Source: a virus
Taxonomy: Duplodnaviria > Caudoviricetes
Strand: one strand, 5' to 3'
Virus record (IMG/VR): IMGVR_UViG_3300016263_000482
Coordinates: 1-38,771 of that record
DNA length: 38,771 nucleotides
How positions within the stretch are numbered: position 1 is the stretch's first letter; every line of letters begins with the position of its first letter. The notes beneath the pieces are model-generated. The model was not told the origin of the DNA. It made no database searches and saw nothing but the letters and a program-made list of their open reading frames with translations. The position numbers were made by a program, and so were the translations under genes. Below are positions 33,464 through 38,771 of the stretch, piece by piece.

Positions 33464-36161
33464 TATCGAGGCGAATACTCAGGGGTTACAGTCAACCATT
33501 GACTTGCTTGTCAAATTGGGGCAAGTGGAGAAGAAGGTTGCGGATGATTTTAGGAAGACCAATGAGGCAAATGTCAAGTCCCTTCAGCAGGGTGTGACTC
33601 AGGCTACAGGTCAATTCCAGAAGCTTGATACGGCCATTAGCAATATCGGTACTGATAATAAGTTGGCAGAGAGTCTTGATGCTACGGCTCCGATAGTCAA
33701 GACAACCAATAGCATTAAGTCGTTCAAGCAAGAATTAAAAGATGCTACTGCTGAAGCTCTTTCTTTGGCTGCTCAATTTGGAGAATTGGATCCACGGGCA
33801 GTAGCTGCTGCTAAAAAGGTTTCAGAATTAAGACAAACTGTTGAGGATACCAATCGAACCATTAAGGCTCTTGATCCTGGTGAGAAATTTAGGACAATCC
33901 AGAATCTTGGAGGTGCTATAGCTGGAGCATTTCAGGTGGCTACTGGTGCCTTGCAGGCATTCGGTGTGGAATCTGAGACAGCTACTAAACTAGCTCAACA
34001 ATTCCAAGGAGCATTGAATATTGTAGGTGGATTACAGCAGTTAGCAGATCTGAAGGATCAGTTGGGTGCTGTAAGGGCGGCACTTGGTTTGACAACAGTG
34101 GCTAAGGAGGCTGATGCTGTGGCTAGTACAGTGGCTACGAATGCTAATAGGGCTTTCGCTGCATCATTATCAGCAACAGGTATCGGGGCTGCCATAGTAG
34201 TACTTGGAGCTTTGGCATATGCCATATCTCAAATAGGAGTAGCTTCAAAACAAAGCAAGGAGGATACTGATAATCTTACAAATAGCACTAAGAAATTAGC
34301 TGATGCTAGAAAGGCATTACAAGAATCCAAGAATGCTGAGTTGGATGCTGATTTGAAGCTGAAAGTAATTAGGAAAGAAATAACACAAGCAGAAGCTGAT
34401 CGTATTCAATTATCAAGGAAATCAAGTGAAGTTTACGTTGAGAATCAAAAAACTCTTTCAAAGGCTAATCAAGACTTAGCAAAGACAACTAAAGAAATTG
34501 CAGCAATTGAAAGTGAGTTGGCAATTCAACGAAAAAATGTAGATGATGCGCCAGTTCTACAGAGATTTATCAAAATAAACGAGGACCGCCTTGCTGTATT
34601 AAAGAAAACATCAGATCAACAAACAGCTATTGTTAAAGCTACTAATGATAAATTAATATCTGACGATAATAGATACCGTACTGAGTTTGCTGTATCAAAG
34701 GAGGGGGAAGCCAATGATGCCAAGAAGGCTGAAGAAGAAAAGAGAAAGGCAGCCGCAGAAGCTAATCAGAATCGTCTAAAAGATGTAAAGAAGACGGCTG
34801 AAGAGATAGCCAAAGAAGAAAAGGATGTACGAGACCGATTGTTCAAGGAATCTCTGGCTCAAGACTTAGCCAATTTGGATAATTATCTGACAGATTCTTT
34901 GCAGTTGATTACCAATAACTATAATGAGCGTGATAAGATAGCCAAGGAATCTCTCAATAAAGAGTTAATGGCTAATCTTGAGAATCTGCAAAAAGGTCTG
35001 ATAACCTTTGAGCAATACGAGGCCGAAAAATCAAGAATATCTCAGAGCCAACCTGATCTTACTTTTGAGCGTCAGAAGGCTATCGCTGATCAAGAGTTGG
35101 CTGGTCTTGAATTACGCAAGATGAATCTGGAAGACTATGGCCAGAGTACGGTTGATGTGGAGAATGCCATAGCTAAAAAGAAGGAAGAGATCAATGTACT
35201 TGTCACTAATAATCAATTGGCAGAGGATGCCAAGAGATTGAAATCGGCAGAAGATACTGCGAAGGCCAAATTGGAAGCCGAGAAGAAGGTTGCTGATCTT
35301 ACCAATGAACTTAATAAGAAGATAGGTGAGGAAGCGGAGGCTCTTTTATTCCAAGGCCTTAATGATGCTTTTGAGACACAGTTACAGAACATCAATGATC
35401 TCAAGGATGAGCAGTTGCAAGCGATAGATGATGAGAATAAGAAGATAGAGGAGGCTTATGCGAATAGGTTGATAGGTAAGAGGCAGTTCGAGCTGGAGCA
35501 GGAGCGATTAACCAAGGAGAGGATAAAGGCTGAAGAACAAGCTGAAAAAAAGCTCAATAGTATCCGTAAGAAGCAAGATATTGCTAACAAGGCTAAGGCT
35601 CTCTTTGAGATATATCTTAATACCAGAAGATCAGTGACAGCTATTCAGGCTGATCCAACCATTCCAACGGTAGCCAAGCCCCCTTTGATTAGTGCTAGCA
35701 TCATCTTTGGTGGCATTCAAGCGGCCTCTGTATTGGCTCAACCTCTTCCCAAGTACAAGAAGGGTACACTTGCTGTCATGGGTAAGTCAGAAGACATCTC
35801 ATATGAGGGTGGTAGAGGTACTATGAGGGTGGTAGGATCAGGTTCAGAGGACACAGAATTGGCCCTCCTACAGCCTGGAGAAGCGGTTATCCCTACGGAT
35901 ACCAACCGAAAGTACCATCCGGCTATCAAGGCTATCTATGAGAATAAGATAAAGCCTCAAGACATCAATCAATTCGTCACTATGAGGCTCAGGGGAGACA
36001 TCAGCCGTGATACTAAGGCAGAAGGCCCTGTCATGGCCAAGATGGATATTGCAGATTTATATGCCTTGGGACGCATTATGAAGAAGAATGATGGTGTAAC
36101 GGTCAAGAATATCAAGGAATTAGCGAGTATATTTGCAGATAGTTATAATCCACGCCGATAG
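33441..36161 (+). CDS. Tail tape measure protein
   Basis: 906 aa Ala/Gln/Lys-rich helical protein with TM-like segment; C-terminal KY.KG...G.G.ED...LLQPGEAVIP. Confidence 0.85.
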   Translation: MAETVVINIEANTQGLQSTIDLLVKLGQVEKKVADDFRKTNEANVKSLQQGVTQATGQFQKLDTAISNIGTDNKLAESLDATAPIVKTTNSIKSFKQELKDATAEALSLAAQFGELDPRAVAAAKKVSELRQTVEDTNRTIKALDPGEKFRTIQNLGGAIAGAFQVATGALQAFGVESETATKLAQQFQGALNIVGGLQQLADLKDQLGAVRAALGLTTVAKEADAVASTVATNANRAFAASLSATGIGAAIVVLGALAYAISQIGVASKQSKEDTDNLTNSTKKLADARKALQESKNAELDADLKLKVIRKEITQAEADRIQLSRKSSEVYVENQKTLSKANQDLAKTTKEIAAIESELAIQRKNVDDAPVLQRFIKINEDRLAVLKKTSDQQTAIVKATNDKLISDDNRYRTEFAVSKEGEANDAKKAEEEKRKAAAEANQNRLKDVKKTAEEIAKEEKDVRDRLFKESLAQDLANLDNYLTDSLQLITNNYNERDKIAKESLNKELMANLENLQKGLITFEQYEAEKSRISQSQPDLTFERQKAIADQELAGLELRKMNLEDYGQSTVDVENAIAKKKEEINVLVTNNQLAEDAKRLKSAEDTAKAKLEAEKKVADLTNELNKKIGEEAEALLFQGLNDAFETQLQNINDLKDEQLQAIDDENKKIEEAYANRLIGKRQFELEQERLTKERIKAEEQAEKKLNSIRKKQDIANKAKALFEIYLNTRRSVTAIQADPTIPTVAKPPLISASIIFGGIQAASVLAQPLPKYKKGTLAVMGKSEDISYEGGRGTMRVVGSGSEDTELALLQPGEAVIPTDTNRKYHPAIKAIYENKIKPQDINQFVTMRLRGDISRDTKAEGPVMAKMDIADLYALGRIMKKNDGVTVKNIKELASIFADSYNPRR

Positions 36162-38179
36162 TGTTCAAATATTACCTTAATGGTATTGAGATTCAGGATG
36201 GACCCGATAAATGGGATGCCATTGATACGTCCATTAAGAGGGATGAACTGACGGGTATCTTGCTGTATGACAGCAATATGCGCTTCACTACCTACGGCGG
36301 TCAGGATTTATACATAGCATTAGATTCGGCTTGGAATGCCAACCGATTCGGGGAATCAACCTTCGATATTTATCAGCGTTCTGGCAGTATTGGGTACGTT
36401 TTGGTACACGCTGGTACCATCTTCCACAGCGATATTGAGTTCAATCTGATAAATAGGGCTATCAACTTCCGCACAGAAGACCGTGGCTACTATGCGATGA
36501 TCAATAATAATAAGAGCATCGAGGTCAATTTAGACCAGAGTAGTAGTAAGAACGAGGTCACTATCGGGGTATGTCCGAGCTTCATGCTTGATATGCACAA
36601 GGTGTCTGATGGGACGATATATCCTGATCAAAGGGTAGCCTATAGGATATACGATGTGCTGGAGTGGCTGATACGCTTCATGTCGGATGACCGTATCGGC
36701 TTTGAGTCTGAGACATTCGGCACAGATGGCATCTACGAGGGATATTGCTTGGTTGCCGGCCATGAGATGATAGAGGCGGACGGGACTATTAGTCCAAGGG
36801 TCTCATGGGGTAAACTTAGTGAGGACTTACAGAAGCGGTTCAACGTCCGTTTTGCTATCATCGGGACGATGGATAGGCCTATTCTCAAGTGTGAGTCTTA
36901 TGAGCGATTCTATACGGGGGATGTATCTTATACTATTCCGACCATCCCTGACGAGGTAGTGATGAAGATTGATACCAACGTCATTTATAGTGGTGTGAAT
37001 GTAGGCTCTGAGGATTACGAGACGACCAGTTCCTTGACCTTTCCTGATGTTCAGTATCTGATATCGTTCAAGACTGAGAATCTTTACTTCAAGGGTACCA
37101 ATAATATTGATAGGACTTTGGATTTAGTTGGGTCTTATGTGATATCTAATAGTTCTATTGAGGTTGTATTGGAGCAGTTGAGTGGGTACGAGAATTATGA
37201 TGACAAGCAGTTCATTATTCATTATGATACAGCAACAGACACGACCATATCTACTAACTGGACGGCTACTTCTGGATATTTATACAACGAGCCGTTAACA
37301 AATATCAATATCCTGAGTCGTTGGGCTATTGCTTTCCCTAACGAGGTGACTGCTAACTTCTTCGATGCTGATGCTAATAGATTCAAGGCTGTTGCCAAAG
37401 GGTATCTTCTTGATCAGACCATTAATAATATTGAAGTAACTGATGATGATTTTCTTAATACTAATAATGGTTTCGAATCATCTATTGTAAGGTTCAATGA
37501 TGACTTCACCTTAGGTTATGATCCTGGAGGAAATTATGGTGATACAACTCCACAAGGAACCAATGTAGGTCAATCAGCTAGTTATTATACTGCTCCAACT
37601 AATGGTCTTTATACATTTTCAGCCGAATTGAATATGTCCATTTATAAAGGAACTACTGGGGCTACTTTGATTGGTAAAAGAAAAAATTATTTTCGTATTA
37701 GATTTATGAAGTCAACTGGACAATATATTGATGGTCCAGCTTTTGAAGGACCAAGAGATAATGTACAAGACTATAGATTCACATTAACCCATTCTATCGC
37801 TACCTATATGAATACAGGTGAGACGATGGAGGTTAGACTTTTTGTAGATATTGAAAATGCTAATACATATAGTGCAAACAGATATCTATGGTTTGTTGTA
37901 AGGGATTTCAGCTACTTCATGTCCAACGGCATTAATATAGGTGGTGGTACTCTGACCCCTGCTGATCCAGAGCAATATAAGTCAGTTAAAATAAAGTGCA
38001 GTTATCCTATCACCCTTGCTGACTATTTCACAATCCGTGAGAGCAAAGAGGGTCTTATAAAAGTTCCAATCTCGTCCACTAAGGCTATTAATGGCTGGGT
38101 GGAAAATATCAAATTCGACCACAGTAGCGGTGAGGCTACATTCGAGCTAGTAAGCGATGGCAATACAATTTATCGATAA
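36161..38179 (+). CDS. Tail tip / distal tail structural protein
   Basis: Follows TMP; beta-rich; YYTAPTNGLYTFS C1q-like motif in an AT-richer insert. Confidence 0.65.
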   Translation: MFKYYLNGIEIQDGPDKWDAIDTSIKRDELTGILLYDSNMRFTTYGGQDLYIALDSAWNANRFGESTFDIYQRSGSIGYVLVHAGTIFHSDIEFNLINRAINFRTEDRGYYAMINNNKSIEVNLDQSSSKNEVTIGVCPSFMLDMHKVSDGTIYPDQRVAYRIYDVLEWLIRFMSDDRIGFESETFGTDGIYEGYCLVAGHEMIEADGTISPRVSWGKLSEDLQKRFNVRFAIIGTMDRPILKCESYERFYTGDVSYTIPTIPDEVVMKIDTNVIYSGVNVGSEDYETTSSLTFPDVQYLISFKTENLYFKGTNNIDRTLDLVGSYVISNSSIEVVLEQLSGYENYDDKQFIIHYDTATDTTISTNWTATSGYLYNEPLTNINILSRWAIAFPNEVTANFFDADANRFKAVAKGYLLDQTINNIEVTDDDFLNTNNGFESSIVRFNDDFTLGYDPGGNYGDTTPQGTNVGQSASYYTAPTNGLYTFSAELNMSIYKGTTGATLIGKRKNYFRIRFMKSTGQYIDGPAFEGPRDNVQDYRFTLTHSIATYMNTGETMEVRLFVDIENANTYSANRYLWFVVRDFSYFMSNGINIGGGTLTPADPEQYKSVKIKCSYPITLADYFTIRESKEGLIKVPISSTKAINGWVENIKFDHSSGEATFELVSDGNTIYR

Positions 38180-38771
38180 TCAGCCTATCATATTTGATAG
38201 TCAATTAGATACATATAGCCCATGCAAGGCTGATAACAGTATCCAATGTGCATATTATACGGCTGATGATACTCTTTATGCTCAATGGAAGCAGACATCT
38301 TGTACTGGTACGAATGAGATATGTAATCCAACCTTTGAAAATACAAATGCCGAGCTTATAACCAACGGCGGATTCCCTAGTAATACAACTGGATGGACCT
38401 TAGCCAGTGGTGCTGTTTATGATTCTGTTAATGATAGGGTAGTTTTAAATGCTGGCACTTTAACACAATCAGGTCTAGGAATAACTGGTGGAGATGTTTA
38501 TGTTTTAAGTTTTTCCTATGGTGGTGGGATTTTGACTAATCCACTGGCTGTATCACTTGGGGGTACGTTGATTGATACTTTTTATGGTTCAGGTACAATT
38601 AATCTTGTAGTGACTGCAGGAGGTGTAAATACATCCATAGTATTTGGAGGTGGTTTCGATGGTTGGGTGGATAATATCGCTCTAAAATATCATGGAGCTG
38701 ATGATTGGTATATTCGGTATAATCCATCTGATATGGAATTTATATCCGGCTCTGCCACACACATAGCTGGA
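38157..38771 (+). CDS. N-terminal 205 codons of the structural protein continuing at base 1
   Basis: MAIQFIDNQPIIF...; no stop to the window end; ELITNGGF...GW...VDNI carbohydrate-binding-module-like motif. Confidence 0.75.
   Translation, partial: MAIQFIDNQPIIFDSQLDTYSPCKADNSIQCAYYTADDTLYAQWKQTSCTGTNEICNPTFENTNAELITNGGFPSNTTGWTLASGAVYDSVNDRVVLNAGTLTQSGLGITGGDVYVLSFSYGGGILTNPLAVSLGGTLIDTFYGSGTINLVVTAGGVNTSIVFGGGFDGWVDNIALKYHGADDWYIRYNPSDMEFISGSATHIAG

Overview
The window looks like a complete, circularly permuted ~38.8 kb genome of a long-tailed (siphovirus-like) dsDNA phage, probably infecting Bacteroidota. The ORF starting at 38157 reads in frame across the end-to-start junction to the stop at 1395. 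Host inference rests on TAnnTTTG promoter boxes, A/T-rich start contexts and an SSB-like protein ending in DLPF. Modules: portal, head and tail-tube genes (2.2-10.3 kb); fibre and lysis genes (10.3-18.2 kb); recombination, replication and small early genes with a tRNA-like RNA (18.4-27.3 kb); a probable origin (27.27-27.45 kb); then terminase interleaved with glycosyl/methyltransferases, a three-gene CxxC cluster, a frameshifted tail chaperone, tape measure and tail-tip genes. I saw no integrase, DNA polymerase, RT or CRISPR array. Top candidate novel system: a VKOR/DsbB-like CxxC membrane protein flanked by two CxxC proteins, together with Cys-clustered virion proteins, suggesting phage-encoded cytoplasmic disulfide formation. 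Other notable items are a likely virion glycosylation set, a 59-bp-repeat-flanked cassette, and a tRNA mimic lacking a normal anticodon arm. All product calls come from motif recognition by eye; no searches were run.
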